In this document: one piece after another, positions 10,858-23,900 of the stretch
How the letters are laid out: each line of letters begins with the position of its first letter
Position numbering within the stretch: the first letter of the stretch is position 1
Assembly: GCA_905178155.1 (NCBI GenBank)
Contig: CAJINV010000002.1
Coordinates: 2,990,515-3,054,514, forward strand
Direction of reading: 5' to 3'
From: Amoebophrya sp. A120
Lineage: Eukaryota; Protista; Dinoflagellata
Length of the DNA: 64,000 nt
Made by a program: the position numbers and the translations under genes
Notes under the pieces: generated by a model
Seen by the model: the letters and a program-made list of their open reading frames with translations, nothing else
Database searches by the model: none
What the model was told of the DNA's origin: nothing

Positions 10858-12098
10858 AAATTCAACGTCTGCGCACTGTCGTAGTTTCACAAGCGAACCT
10901 AAACACTTTGATTTGACAGTTTCTGTTTCACCCTATACTTCCTTGTCGCGAAAAATATTTATCGCCAGCCATTCTTGAAGATTCTTGGATGTGATATGAT
11001 GACCCACAAAGTGAGCAAGAAGCTCAAACAATCAAAATCAACAATCGAGTTCATCTTCACCAAAAATCTACTTTTCATTCGGGCAACAACTAACTATTTA
11101 CGTTTATACATTCGAGCACCAAGAACAAGATCGATTTCATTTTTTGAGAACCAGCAACTACAGCTTACAAATACAGCTTATCGCTATCACAGTAGAGAGC
11201 AATTTACAGCAGGAGTATTATTGGAACCCGGCTTCGTCTCCGTATTCGTTTGCTTCAAAGTAAAACGAAGAGGCACGGCGGAGCACAAGGCAAAGGGGGC
11301 AAAGACCTCCGAGCGAGGAACCAGCTGGAGCGGGCACCATGAAATGATGACGTCGAGAATCAGAATTGTATACGTAGATATTAGATATAGATGGGCACAG
11401 CATCGCTATTTTATACTTTTCTTTTCTCATTGCGCTTTCCACCGCGATATGACATTCCTATTCCTTTGATCAATTGCAATATTTTGATATCGATAGTAAG
11501 AGTGATGGTATGAATGCGTAATATTGCGTCACTGCAGCTCCTGCTGCACAGGATTGCACCAGCAGCGGCTGCTGCAAGATAGTCAGTCAGACTTTGGTTC
11601 TTTTTTTTCAAGACGACGAAATAAATAGAGCTGCTGTATTATACCAGGGGAGTTTCATGAAAAACAAAATCGTCCTAGTTGGGCACGGATCACTCTCCAC
11701 GTGTTGATTTCAACGCACGCGAGAGTTCTTGCCTGTGCAAAAATGTTGTTCTAGTTTTTTACCTACGCTACTTACTACAAAAAAACACTCAATCTGTTTC
11801 AATTTCCGTCAGCGGTCTGTTTCACCGTCGAAGTGCTAGCGGGCCGGAGTTTATTCCTATTCATTTTATATGGTTCTTGAATTTGAATTTCTCGGTTTGG
11901 TTTCCCTTTCCTCCACTCGCTTGTTTGTTTGTGAAACCATTTTGAAAATTTTTTACCACGTGCCTTTATTTTGTTTTTTGAGTCGCCGTGTGCGTGTTCA
12001 GATCTGGTCGCTGTGAAGAAGAAATTAGAACAGTGTTGTACACGTCACAGGAGCTTGTTCAGAACTCCGAAACCTTTGGAACACGACGAGGTAAAAAC

Positions 12099-15000
12099 AT
12101 GAGCGCTTCCGCCCTCGCGGCCGGGAAAAGAAATACTCCGATTCCGTGGTACAGCCCCTCCTCTTGGAAGTCCAGTTTTTACTTGGGCTTGGAGGGCGAC
12201 ACCGACTGCGGAACCTGGTACGATTTTTGGAACACCGGACAAGAATGGGTTACGGAATTAGCCATCGTGGTGCCGATCTTGTTTCTTCTCTGGAATTCCA
12301 AGGTTTCCGACGTTTTCCGGAAACACCTCGGAGTTCTTGCTGTACCTGTAGTCCCTGATTATGAGAATGCCAGCACGAAGAAATTATCAGCGACTACAGC
12401 TAGTACAGGACAAGACAGCACTCCTAGGTCGAGTGCGGATGACAAGAACGGAAAGCCAAGGAAGCAACAGCAAGTAGATTCACCAGCAACTACAACAACA
12501 GCACCGGCAGATGAACAGCTACAAGCGATGAAAACAACATCCGAAAAAATCAAAATGGCGAAAAGTGAAATTATAACTCTGATTCCAAACCCGTCGTACC
12601 GAGACTACCTCATCGCCCTCCTGATCGGCTTATGAACTGCAAAAGTATCGTACTAGTATAAATTGCAATACAAATCCGCTCAGCATTACAAATCAAATTT
12701 GTAATGCGGATTTTCCTTAACAGCCTGAATTTGTAATGCATCGCTGCAATTAGTACGAGTACGATACTTTTGCAGTGCATACGGCTGGCCCCTTCCGTAT
12801 CTGATCCAGCAGCGGCATGAATCTAGATATGCTGTGCAAAAGTATCGCACTCGTATAAATGCAAGTCTTGCATTACAAATCTTTTTCCCAAGGCAGATCT
12901 GCATTACAAATTTTATTTCTCATGCTGAGGAAATTTGTATATGCATCTTTACGAATGCGATACTTTTGCAATTCATACTAGATCTTTGGCAACCATGGGC
13001 CACGCATGTCATTTCGTGTTGACCTGCCAGATACTAGTTTTGATCTTACCGATAAATAGGAGCAGAACAAGTGGAAGTAGTGCAGCCGTGAGCAGAACTG
13101 CTGCTGGAGGAAGCTACTTCGGTGCAGTTGGCGCAACATCATTTATCAATTTTTTTTCGACCAACTTTCTCGTCTCCCAGCTGCTCCAGCTGGTCGTTAT
13201 CCCGCTCACTGCCGCCTACGTGCCACCTCTGGCGAAACCGGACTGGCGTGGCTGGATATCAACTGCAAAAATGTCTGGGTCTGGAAACTTGTGATGCAAG
13301 TAAGGGAATAGTGAACTCACTATAATGCGCTGCCAAGCATGACAAGCTTTTTCCATGGCTCTGAGTTGCGCACTCCGCAGGAGAAACTTCGTTTTTGCAT
13401 GTCGGGGAGGAGGAGCTCTTCGCGGCCACGCAACACAGAGTTCAGAGTCATGCCAGACAAGCATGACAAATCTCGCAATCTCCCAGACCCAGACACTTTT
13501 GCATTTGATACTGGAGCGAGAAGTTTAACGTGGAATTGCTCCCGAATTCCGGAATCGTCATCAACTTGTACACGTGGAGCTTTGTCGGCGAACACTTGGG
13601 GATGGTATTTGCGGGCTTGTACATCCTCTTCTTCTCCCGGTACAGTGTTATCATCAAGGAGATTTTCCAGTCCAAAAAACTTTTTTGGGGTTTTGTTTGG
13701 AACAACTACCTCGCCGGGTTTGCGGTCTACCAGGTCTTCTACACGATTGTTTCCCGACTATGCATTGCAAAAGTATCGTACTCGTATAAATGCATTACAA
13801 ATTTCCTCAGCATGAGAAATAAAATTTGTAATGCGGATTTACCTTAAGAGCAAGATTTGTAATGCATGTTTGCAATTACTACGAGTACGATACTTTTGCA
13901 CAGGATACCGACTAGTCCAGTACAACGTGGGGTATCAACTGTGCCCCCCTGCTATCCTGTGCAAATAAAGGATCGTACTCGTACTAAGCGCAGTCATGCA
14001 AGACAAATTTCTTTTTCAAGCTAAATCAGCATGGTAAATTCCATTTGTGATGCTGAGCTAATTTGTATTGCAACACTACGAGAAGTACGGCACTTTTGCA
14101 GTTCATACCGGCCGCGGTGAAAAAGCCGACGGTGAAAATGCTGGAATTGGCGATGGTCGTGTGGAATTTTTTGGTGGACAAGCTGTTCTTGTTCCATGGG
14201 GTTCTTTTCGCACTACAAAAAACGGCTCTTTTCTACGAAAAATACCCCGGCCCGACCGATTGGTACGATCAGCCAGCGAAGTGGAATCCGAACTTTGTCG
14301 CACCAGGAGCAACAGGCGGTGGAGGTGGATCCGGATCAATAAATACTGCTAGTTCAACATCTTTCGTCGACTTAGTATGGTGTTCTCAATTGTTACATTC
14401 TCAACTGTTACATGATTTTTCATGCACGGATACCTTGAGCCGCCAGATGGTGAAGCTGCTTCGCATGACAAATCTGCGAAGGGGTAGGCAGCACCTAAAT
14501 GTGTGCGGAATTTGTAATGCAAAAGGCGCGATCCTCCTCCTTTCACTTTTGCCATTCTTGCATTACAACCTCGCGTAACAGTTGAGAATGATGTAACGTT
14601 TGAGAGCGCCATACTTGGACCGGTTTAACCGGACGCACCCGATCATCAACGTCGTGAAGGATCGGGAGATCTTGCTGAGGGAAGGGGGAGCGGCGGGATC
14701 GTCTTTGTCTAGCACGCCGTACGTTTGGAACGACATTTACGCAAACAGAATAGAAGTGGTACAACGACCACCAGCAGCGGGAGGTCTCGGAGTTCTTTCA
14801 AGCGGCAGCGGCAACACAGATTCTGACTCAAGTACAACTTCATCTAACGTCACTACCCTCTACTTCAACCTGTGGCACGTTTGGTATAACATGTGCATCA
14901 TCGGGTGGCTGCTTGGGCCCTGGTTGATTCTGACGTTTTACGTGTTTGGGAAATTCGTTGTCGGGTTTTTTCAACCGAACAACAGCCCGTTCAGGTGGTT

Positions 15001-15106
15001 CACGCCGGTGAAGGTGATGGCTGCGGGGTTTGCTGTGCCCTTTCTCTTCTGCTTCCTCGCGGTCGCAGTGGATCAAGTGGGGAGGGTGGTGAGGGAGAAA
15101 TTATGA
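12099..15106 (+). CDS. Multi-pass membrane protein, TMEM164-like; 6 introners
   Basis: Spliced frame is continuous; hydrophobic helices; motifs GHACHFVLTCQIL and NVGYQLCPPA resemble TMEM164 NPCH and N..LCP. Gene model is solid, family call tentative. Confidence 0.6.
12631..12781. mobile_element. Introner family A
   Basis: A-type TIR; TSD CGGCT. Confidence 0.9.
12828..12977. mobile_element. Introner family A
   Basis: A-type TIR; TSD CTAGA. Confidence 0.9.
13257..13510. mobile_element. Introner family B
   Basis: B-type TIR; TSD CTGGA. Confidence 0.9.
13759..13907. mobile_element. Introner family A
   Basis: A-type TIR; TSD CCGAC. Confidence 0.9.
13953..14107. mobile_element. Introner family A
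   Basis: A-type TIR; TSD CCTGC/CCGGC. Confidence 0.9.
14376..14613. mobile_element. Introner family J
   Basis: TATGGTGTTCTCAATTGTTACATTCTCAACTGTTAC...GTAACAGTTGAGAATGATGTAACGTTTGAGAGCGCCATA; TSD CTTAG/CTTGG. Confidence 0.9.
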
Positions 15107-17425
15107 GATTGATATTGGACATCTTCAAGCAGAAGCACCAATGTTGCGAGGTGGAACGCGAAATCCAAACTAGTCTTTGAGCATGTCTACTTTGCTGCTA
15201 CGTGCCGCTCCGCACGACGCGTTTAGTGAAAAAGAACAAGCGCCCGCTACTCAAGAAGCAAAAAGGATCTCAAATGCAACGCGCTTATCGACGCTGAGCA
15301 CACGCTCGCGGAGCGCATCTTGTTCATCTTCATTGTTGAAGAAGACGAAATAACAGGGGTGAGAGAGGAGGAGCGCAGCCGGGCACGGGTTGTTTCTTCA
15401 CTAGAAGACTGCGATTGGCGTGAGTGTAGTAGGGCTCGGCGCGGTTATTTGATTCGTGACGCCGGTCGCGCGCCGCTTTTCCAAATGGGCGCAGCCGGTT
15501 GAAAAGCCGGCGCCCTATTCGCGTCGTACTGGCCTGGCTGCACGCCCGGCCGGCTCCGGAAAGCTTCTGGGCGGCGCCTCCGGGAGCGCGGAAATCCTGG
15601 CGGGCTTTGCGAACGGTGGCAGCGCGAGAAGCAGCGCAAGAAGGCCAGAAGGGAGCGCGGCGCCCGCCGGCCCTGGTAGTGCTAGCGCGGGCCCGTGGAA
15701 CCAGCCCCCCGGCGGAAGAGCGCGCGGACCTTGGGGCGCGCCGGTTCCGCGCGGACGTTTTGGCCGGTGAGTGTTTCGCCTTGGCGAGATTCCGGGCGGG
15801 CACCTCCGTAGCACAATCTGCGAAAATGCTGGCGCAGAGCATCAACGCCGCAAGCGGTGGGGGTGAGATGTGGGCCGCCTATGGCAGCGGCGCGCGCCCC
15901 GTTTTGTGTGGGGCCCTCTTGGCAGTTGGACGCAGTGCAGCCGTTTGGCCCGTGGCGTGCGTGCAGTGCGCGAGCTCCGAGCGGTGTCGCATGCGACAGA
16001 AAGTGCTCATCTTTGGAGACGATGCCGCGGGCGCGGCGGGCGCGGGATAACATTATCGGGGAGCCGCGTCGTTCATGGCCCGAACTAGAAAGGACGTACG
16101 AACCCGCGCCGGTGCTGCGTTGCCTGCTGCCTTTTTTGCAATCTGCTACGGGCCGCCGCCGCCGGCCTCCCGCGCCGGCAGGCTGGACGCTGGGCCCGCG
16201 GACGCGCCCCCCCTGTATGGTCGTCCGGGGTAGGGCGCCGCTCGCGCAAATGTGGGGGGCTTGGGGGCCGGCGGGCCGCCCGTCCGCGCCCTCTTCTCCA
16301 CGTGCCGCGGCGGCTCCCTTTGTTTGTCAGACGGCGGTCGGCAAGATTAGTGGCGCGCGCTCGCATGCCAATGAATGGGTGTGGTGGAAAGCCTTGCACA
16401 TTGGCGGCTGCGTGGATGTTGTAAGGAGCCTGGGTCGTTTCTTGACCGACTTCGCCTGCGCCCTACCAGCGCACACTCACAGCAAGGAAGTGATGCGCGG
16501 CTGGGGTTGCGGCTCGACGCCGGTGCCTGAGTTTCAGACAGACCGACGAGCGGTGGTCTGTATTGCATCCGGCGTTGCTCTGGATCGTGACTCAGCAGTA
16601 TGGCCGTAGTAGCTGGAGAAGGAGATGAGGCCACAGCTCCTCGTTTCTGTTGCCTTGCTGCGTATTAAAACACTCACGCACGATGGTCTTTTGCGAGAAA
16701 GTGGTAGCGTCCTGCTCCTTCTGTTCCTGTTTGGCCCGGCGTATGTGTCTCATGTGACTCTCAAATTCCATTTGGGTAAATGAATACGATCCTCATGCAT
16801 ATGCACATGCGCATGACCCAGACCCGCACTGCAGAAGCAAAGTAATAAAGTAAGTCGCCTGTCGCCGTCTCGGCAGCATCACTGGAAAAAACTCACCACA
16901 GAATATGATCACGGACACGACCAGCTGCACCAGGAAGATGTAGATGATATACAAACACATCAAAATGATCATCGGAGGATCTCTCTGGTCCGAATACGTA
17001 AAGTAAGACCCAAAAGCGATCTTCGTCATTCAAATCAGTGTTAATTTCTGATCACCGCTGCAAGAAATGCCAAAACTCAAGCATTCCCCTGATCTTCCGC
17101 GTGAGATCCGAGCCACAAATTTACACAATTTCTACTGACAAGCCTAAATTTTTACTGTCTGCCCTCTACCTTCACAGGACGTCGACAGTCTCAGCAGATG
17201 CTACGTGAAAAGAAGTGTCTTGTCTTTGTTTCTGCTAGTACTTGCGACACAACCTGTAGTCACGCGTATAATTTTTGTACGACAGCAACGCTCTCGTCGC
17301 TTTAGTTGGTGCCCTAACTCTGCATACGCACGACCGTACGTTGTTTTGCTCTTGATTCGGATTGTTATTTGCGCGACGTCGAACTACACGGGTACCTACT
17401 TACTACTAAAAAAAAACACAAAAAA

Positions 17426-18448
17426 ATGGCTCGCCGCAAGAGCAAGACCGCTTCCGGCCTGGAGTCCATGGACCGGTCCCACCCGGAGCACCACGAAACC
17501 AAGCGGCAGAACAAGGAAAAGCAGTATTGGAAACAAAAAGTGCAGAAGGACCAGAAGCAGCTGAAGAGAAAGCAGAAGAACCAGGAAACTTTGGTATTCG
17601 ATGTAAAAACGCGAAACGCGTTCATCACCGGGTTTCGGAAGCGGAAGCAGGAGCGACAGCGCGTGGCCAAGCAGGAGAATGAGGATAAACTCCAGGAATC
17701 GAAACGGGAAATGCGACGGGAAAATCGGGAACGGATTACGGAAGAGTACGAGCAAATGAGGGAGGCAGTGAAGAAAACATTGGAGACGTTGAATAAAGAC
17801 GAGGGGGATGAGACTACATGCAAAGGAGATAAAGAACACGGAACTACAGGTGGTGCAAAAGAGCACGGCAAAGACGACGAGAATTGCGCAGCAGTTGTAT
17901 CGCATGACAAAGACGAAGAAAATTCCGAAATCCAACCCCTCGACCAGTCCCAGAAGCCCCCAACAATCGATGTTTTCAGTGCGGAGATTGAAGATTCGGA
18001 CTCCGATGACTGTCTGTTCCCCAACGCAACAGTGACCACCACTTTCGGGCTGCCGGACTGTCCGACGGCGTTGGGCGGTGGGAGTGTACCGGGAGTGACG
18101 CTGGGTGGCAGAAGTTCCAGTTGCAGCGCAGCGGGAGGTAGGGATGCAACACCAAGGGAAGATCACAACAGCAAACTTTCTGAACAAACTACAAATAATT
18201 TGGACGGCTCGACAGCAAGTACAGCTCGAGCTGCTGCTTCCGGAACAGGTGGGGACAAGAAGAAAACGTTAGAAGAAAAGGTAAAAAAGAGTGCGAAGAA
18301 AGTGAAGAGAACGTCGAAGCCGACGCGAAAATCAGCGGGGATGGCGAGAAAGAGCAAAGCGAAAAAGAAACAAGCGGCGAAGAAAAATAAAGGCGGGAAA
18401 AAGAAGGGTGGCGGGGGTGGGGGAAAGAAAGGCGGGAAGAAGAAGTGA
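17426..18448 (+). CDS. NOL12: Nucleolar protein 12 / RRP17 (Nop25 domain), intronless
   Basis: Motif LVFDVKTRNAFITGFRKRKQERQRVA matches the family pattern FD...R..Y/FLTGFHKRK..R; Lys-rich C-terminus. Confidence 0.8.
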   Translation: MARRKSKTASGLESMDRSHPEHHETKRQNKEKQYWKQKVQKDQKQLKRKQKNQETLVFDVKTRNAFITGFRKRKQERQRVAKQENEDKLQESKREMRRENRERITEEYEQMREAVKKTLETLNKDEGDETTCKGDKEHGTTGGAKEHGKDDENCAAVVSHDKDEENSEIQPLDQSQKPPTIDVFSAEIEDSDSDDCLFPNATVTTTFGLPDCPTALGGGSVPGVTLGGRSSSCSAAGGRDATPREDHNSKLSEQTTNNLDGSTASTARAAASGTGGDKKKTLEEKVKKSAKKVKRTSKPTRKSAGMARKSKAKKKQAAKKNKGGKKKGGGGGGKKGGKKK

Positions 18449-19309
18449 GGGATTGGGATAAGGATATCAACAACGATGATGATTTTTTCTTCGTTCATCT
18501 TCTAGCTGGCTCGTGTCAGCACGTTGTACATGTACTATCTTTCAGTGCATTACTAGCAACGATTTCTAACTGGTGCCTCTTGTCCCGTCACTGCATTCGT
18601 ATTTGCTATTGAGCATCAGAAAATTAGGCAGTGGTTTTATTCAACACACGCGCGCCTACTACTGTCGCTGCGGAGATGAACAACTCTACAAGACGAAGTG
18701 TTCTTCTTCCATGCCAATTCGCCTTCTTGTTGCACCATTCTTTGCTCAAATCTTTATCGGTCGGTTTCAAGGTTGAGAATGTGACCACCCAGCCGCAACA
18801 AGAATGCTTTCACGTCTTGACATTGGAGCCTCGGTCTAGTTCGACTGTGCTAGGCCTCAGGTTTGTTCAGAAGTTATCAAAAAAGCAGAAAGAAAGTTTA
18901 TCGAAGACATCGGCCGTAGCTGAATCGCTCGTGACATTGACACCCTCATTTCGGTTGTACGCCAGTAGAAGTTTTTACTCCACCCTTGTTGTATTGACGA
19001 ATCCGAACTTCCCCTTTACGTGTCCGCAACGGCCGAGGAGGCGCTGGAGGCCGCACAGCAAGCCCGCAAGGACGTGCTTGCGAACTACCGCGAGCGGGTC
19101 GACGCCATCCGGGCGCAACGCGCGCAGCGAGCTGAGGCCCCCGCCCCGCCGCTCGGGGGTCTCGCACAATGAAGTCGAAGAAAGGAAAGAATTTGTTCTG
19201 AAATTGAAATCAAGAGGTTCTTCACAGTGAAGTTCCTCAAGTAGACTCCTCATTTTGAGTAGAAGTCTGGCGTACTAAACGCGAACACTGTAAACTGTAA
19301 ACTGTAAAT

Positions 19310-19780
19310 CACATGCTGTTCCTGGTTGGAACACGTGCTGTTCCTGTTTCTCGTTCTCGCGCACTACGTACGTTTCCATTATTATTTCTTCGAAATGTGT
19401 TGATTGCCATGTTGCTCTTTTCTCAGTACCATTCATGACCCACCCTCAACCTCAAGTAAATAAGCAAGTACTCACATACCCACCTATTTTCACTTTTAGA
19501 ATAAACAGAGTTATGCTGGAGTTCGAGTTTCAGGAAGGAAAACGACACGACGTTTTGTTCCATCCTAAATAAAGAACCTTTGTCGATTAAGTGTACTTAT
19601 TATTGTAAGATGAACCTGAAGAACATCAAGGACAACAACTCACGACTATAATGAGCAGCATCGACAAGATGTCGTCATCGAATAAGGCATCGAATAGCAG
19701 CTCCACGACCAAGCCCTCGAAAAAAGCCGCCGACGAGAAGCAGAACGCCCTTGTCATTGGCAACGGCATCAACGGCATCA
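19310..19780 (+). pseudogene. Truncated diverged duplicate of the DAO upstream region and first ~42 codons
   Basis: Collinear with 20548-21090 (shared CACATGCTGTTCCTGGTTGGAACACGTGCTG; KKAADEKQNALVIGNGI), then similarity stops. Confidence 0.8.
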
Positions 19781-20965
19781 TGATTACCATGCTCATCAGC
19801 ATCATCGTCCCACATGCACGACGAGAACAGCATTCCGTTCTTATCGAGCCCCAGATTGGCATAGTACGCTCCTTGCTGACAGGCTACAGCATCGGGGTAC
19901 CGGGCGTAGCAAATTGGTAGGGTATGCAGAGAAAAAAGATGTCGATGCTCTTCGCAGTCACACTATTGCTCCTACATCTTCTCACTGTGAATGCAAAAAG
20001 AAAACGTACAAAAGTACGTTCTGCACTGCGCTCGCTCGTTTTCATGTGGTTTGTGTGCCGAGGGATTTGAGTTTAGGCATAGTGATGAGATGCTTTTTCG
20101 GTCCTCGGACATGCTCGCCTATTCGGTTCCTGTCTTCTACCTGATTCGCATGCCCGAGTTGGATCGCGCCTCGCTCGCCTTTTTCGTTTCCTCGCTTTTC
20201 TTAGAGTCCGGACGCATCTCGGTTTCGGATGAGAGAAGGTGTGGCGCATACGTACGTAGGTCTGTACTATGTACAGGTTTAGAGCCAGCGCAGCTGAAGC
20301 CCTACTGTGTTGGACTTCCGGCAGGCCACTGGATTGTCCTTCATAGGCCGCCGAGAGATTCGCTTTGCCTCGCTCGATTTTTTTCTTCATCCTTCTCTTT
20401 TTGCTTTTCTTTTCCAAAAAACTATGCATGTAGGGATCGCACATGACAAGATGGGCGTCCGTCGCGGCCGGATCTCCCAGGGTTTCAGGGTTTAGGTTCG
20501 TTTAGGGTTCCTATTTGACTTACTCCCTTGTATTGACGTATACGGAACACATGCTGTTCCTGGTTGGAACACGTGCTGCTCCTGTTTCTCGCTCTCACGC
20601 ACGACGTACTTCTCCACCATCATCTCTTCGAAATGTGTTGACTCTGATTGCCATGTTGCTAATCTCTCAGTACCATTCATGATCATGACCCCCCCCTCAA
20701 GTAAGTAAGCCAGTACTCACATACTCACATACCCACCTACTTTGACCTTCACTTTCGAGTTATGTTGGAGCTCAAGTTTCAGTAAGGAAAGCGACACGAC
20801 GCTTTGTTCGATCCTAGATAAAGAGCCTTCATTTTGTAAGAAACTGAAGAACAAGAGAAGTAAAGTATCTGGCATATAGCTTTGGTATCGAGCTGCACCG
20901 TAAATAGAAAACCAAAAATACCAATCCCGACAGTACTACGCCAAAGACAACAACTCACGATCATA

Positions 20966-23900
20966 ATGGGCAGCATTGACAAAATGTCGTCATCCACTAA
21001 GCCACCGGGGAATAGCAGCTCGACTAAAAAGTCCAAAAAAGCCGCCGACGAGAAGCAGAACGCCCTTGTCATTGGCAACGGCATCATCGGCTTAACCACC
21101 GCCCAGGAACTCTCCAAACACGGTTTCAATGTCACGATTGTGACAAACCAGAAAGAACCCTACCCGAGTAAAACGGATCCGAAGAAGTTGATGGAGTTGG
21201 ACTCGCTGTCCGCTCTGGCGGGGGGTTGGTGGTACCCGTACTCGACAAATTTGGACGGGGGGTCGTTAGCTGTCGACCCAGTCAGGCAGAAACAGTACGA
21301 CTTGAAAGTGACAAATTGGGCCATCGCGACGTTGGAAAAGTATTTGGAACAGGAACAGTTTTTCACCGCGCAGAACGATGGGGAGAGTGACAATAAAACT
21401 GGCGCTACTAGCAGTACTTCTGCGAGCAGAGCAAGCTTCTCCGAGTCTAGGAACAGCACGACGTCCACTTCTGCCTCAGCGTCGCAGCAAAACGTCTCGA
21501 TGGTTGATTTATTGGATAACACCAAAGCGATCCAAGATGCCGCTTCTCTGGGGCAGCATGTGGAGGAGGTCCCTTCTTTGATTCTCCGTTCCGGGGAGGA
21601 TTTTAAGAATAAAGAAGAGGAAGAAGCGTCCATACCGAACTGGAGTGGCACCAGGCGGGATTTGCACAAATGGACCCGGACCGATCGGTCCGGTGCGGAA
21701 GCACTACTGTTCGAGTACTTCCGGAAAAAAGCGGCGAAGTGGGACCGGATGCTGGGGAAGCAGGAGAAGGAAATGGTCAAGGCCGGGTTGATCGCGAAGT
21801 TAGAAGATCGGCCGAAGTTGGTCTCGCTGGAGAAACTCCGGGAGGAGCGAACCGCGGCGAAGGAGCAGGAACAGTTGCAGAAAGCATTGGCGGAGCAGGA
21901 GAAAAAGCGGCTGGAAAGGGAAGCTCGGGAGAAGGCGGAAGAGGAAAAAGCGATGAACCCATTTAAGATATCAACTCGGCAGCCGAGTGACGAAGGTGAA
22001 GAGATAAACGCAGGAGATGATACAACTGCAGCTCCCGAGTCGACGAGTGGTAATAATTCCAAATTGGCCGACCAAGATGAAGATCCGCTTGCGGGTGCTG
22101 GGACCTCGGTTTCGCCCAAATCTAGAAGGTCGTCGAAATCCTCCTCAAAGCACAAAAATTCGACATCTCCAGGCGAAGACTTCATGCGAAAAATGAAGTC
22201 CAAAATCGGTGACAACACCGGAGGCGAAGTAGAAGGAGGCTCCTCACCAAAATTACAACTCCCCGGCGCCCAGAAGGAGGAGGAAGAGCGGGTAAACATC
22301 CGCACACTGTCTATCGAGTACGAGAAGTTTCTTCCGGAGCTGCCCGGCGGGTTTTTTAACGCTGATTTTTTCCTGTCCGTCGTTTGCGACAGTCCTCTGT
22401 ACCTGCACGCGATGGAAAAAATTTTGAAGAAAACGCAGGTCCGTTTTTGCTACAACAGGCCACTCAACAACCTTCAGGAAGTGATGGAGTTTGTCATGAA
22501 TATCCTGTGCAAAAGTATCGTACTCGTAGTAATCGCAGTCATGCAATACAAATTTTTATCTCAAAGTAAAACAGCATCACAAATTCCATTTGTCATGCGG
22601 AGCTAATTTGTAATGCGATTACTACTAGTACGATACTTTTGCAATGCATAATGAAGACCGGAAAGCCAATCGGCGCTTTGGACATGATATGCAGTGCAAA
22701 AGCATCGTACTCGTATAAATGCATTACAAATTTTCTCAGCATGAGAAATAAAATTTGTAATGCGGATCTTGCTTAAGAAAAAAGATTTGTAATGCATGAT
22801 TGCAACACGAGTACGATACTTTTGCAATGCATACATGAAGCCGCCGTATTTCGATGTGGTGGTGAATTGCTGTGGGTTGTACGGTATGAACTGCAAAAGT
22901 ACTTAAAAGTATCGTACTCGTCGTAGTACAATTGCAATACAGATCTATTTCTTGAGGTAAATCCGCATTACAAATTTTATTTCTCATGCTGAGAAAATTT
23001 GTCATGCATTTATGCGAGTGCGATACTTTTGGTTTCATATACGGTGGCGATCTGAAGATGGATCAAGAGGAAGACGAGGAAGTCGAGAGTGTCAGTTCCG
23101 TAATCAAGTCGCCCGGAACAAATAACAAAAAAGATAAAGACGAAGATCAAGATGATTTATTCGACGCGATGGCCCTCGGCGAGCCTTTAGCCGGCATGAC
23201 AAAAAATTCCGCGAAAGACGAGGAGAAAGAAAAGCAGAAGCTCAACATCCACCCGAAAACTGGGGAGCCGAAAGAGGTGCTGTCCGCCTACGGCGGCATT
23301 GCCGTGTTTCAGCGCCTATGCAATGCAAAAGCATCGTACTCGTATAAATGCATTACAAATTTCCTCTGCATGAGACATGAAATTTGCAATGCGGATTTAC
23401 CTTGATAAAGAAATTACTATTGAAACTGCAGCAACTAGCCAAAATTGGCATTCCTACCCTGGTTCCAGGGTAGGTTCCAGGGTAGGGCTCCGGGGTAGGT
23501 AACACGAGGGGACAGTGGATTTAAGAGGGGGAGGGGTACAGCCTACCCAGGAACCGACCCAGGAACCGACTCAACCCGACTCCTCAGCCGACCGATACAG
23601 CTCGGGGAAAAAAACAAACACGAGCTGTGGAGTCGGGTAAAGAGTCGGGTAAAAGTCGGGCCCAGGGTAGGTTTTGAGTCGGGTAAAGTCGGGTAAATAG
23701 CTCGGGAAAGGCAAAGCGATCTTACCCGACTCCAGCCGATGCGATATCCTTTGCCGATGTGTGTGGGTCTGGAAGAGGCCAAGTCTGTCGCGCATACTTT
23801 GCGTGATCCACTATAATGCAAGCCATTTGAAGCCGGCGCCAGGTTTTTGCCGCTTTCCCGCATGGGGGCACGGAGCAAAGCCACGTCAAAAAGCTGCGCG

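Noticed and set aside
20479-20510. Telomere-like TTTAGGG repeats
   Set aside because: Only 3-4 degenerate units, compatible with chance.
23434-23452. Reverse-strand resemblance to the dinoflagellate spliced leader (GCCA-TTTTGGCT)
   Set aside because: Short, gapped match not positioned upstream of a gene.
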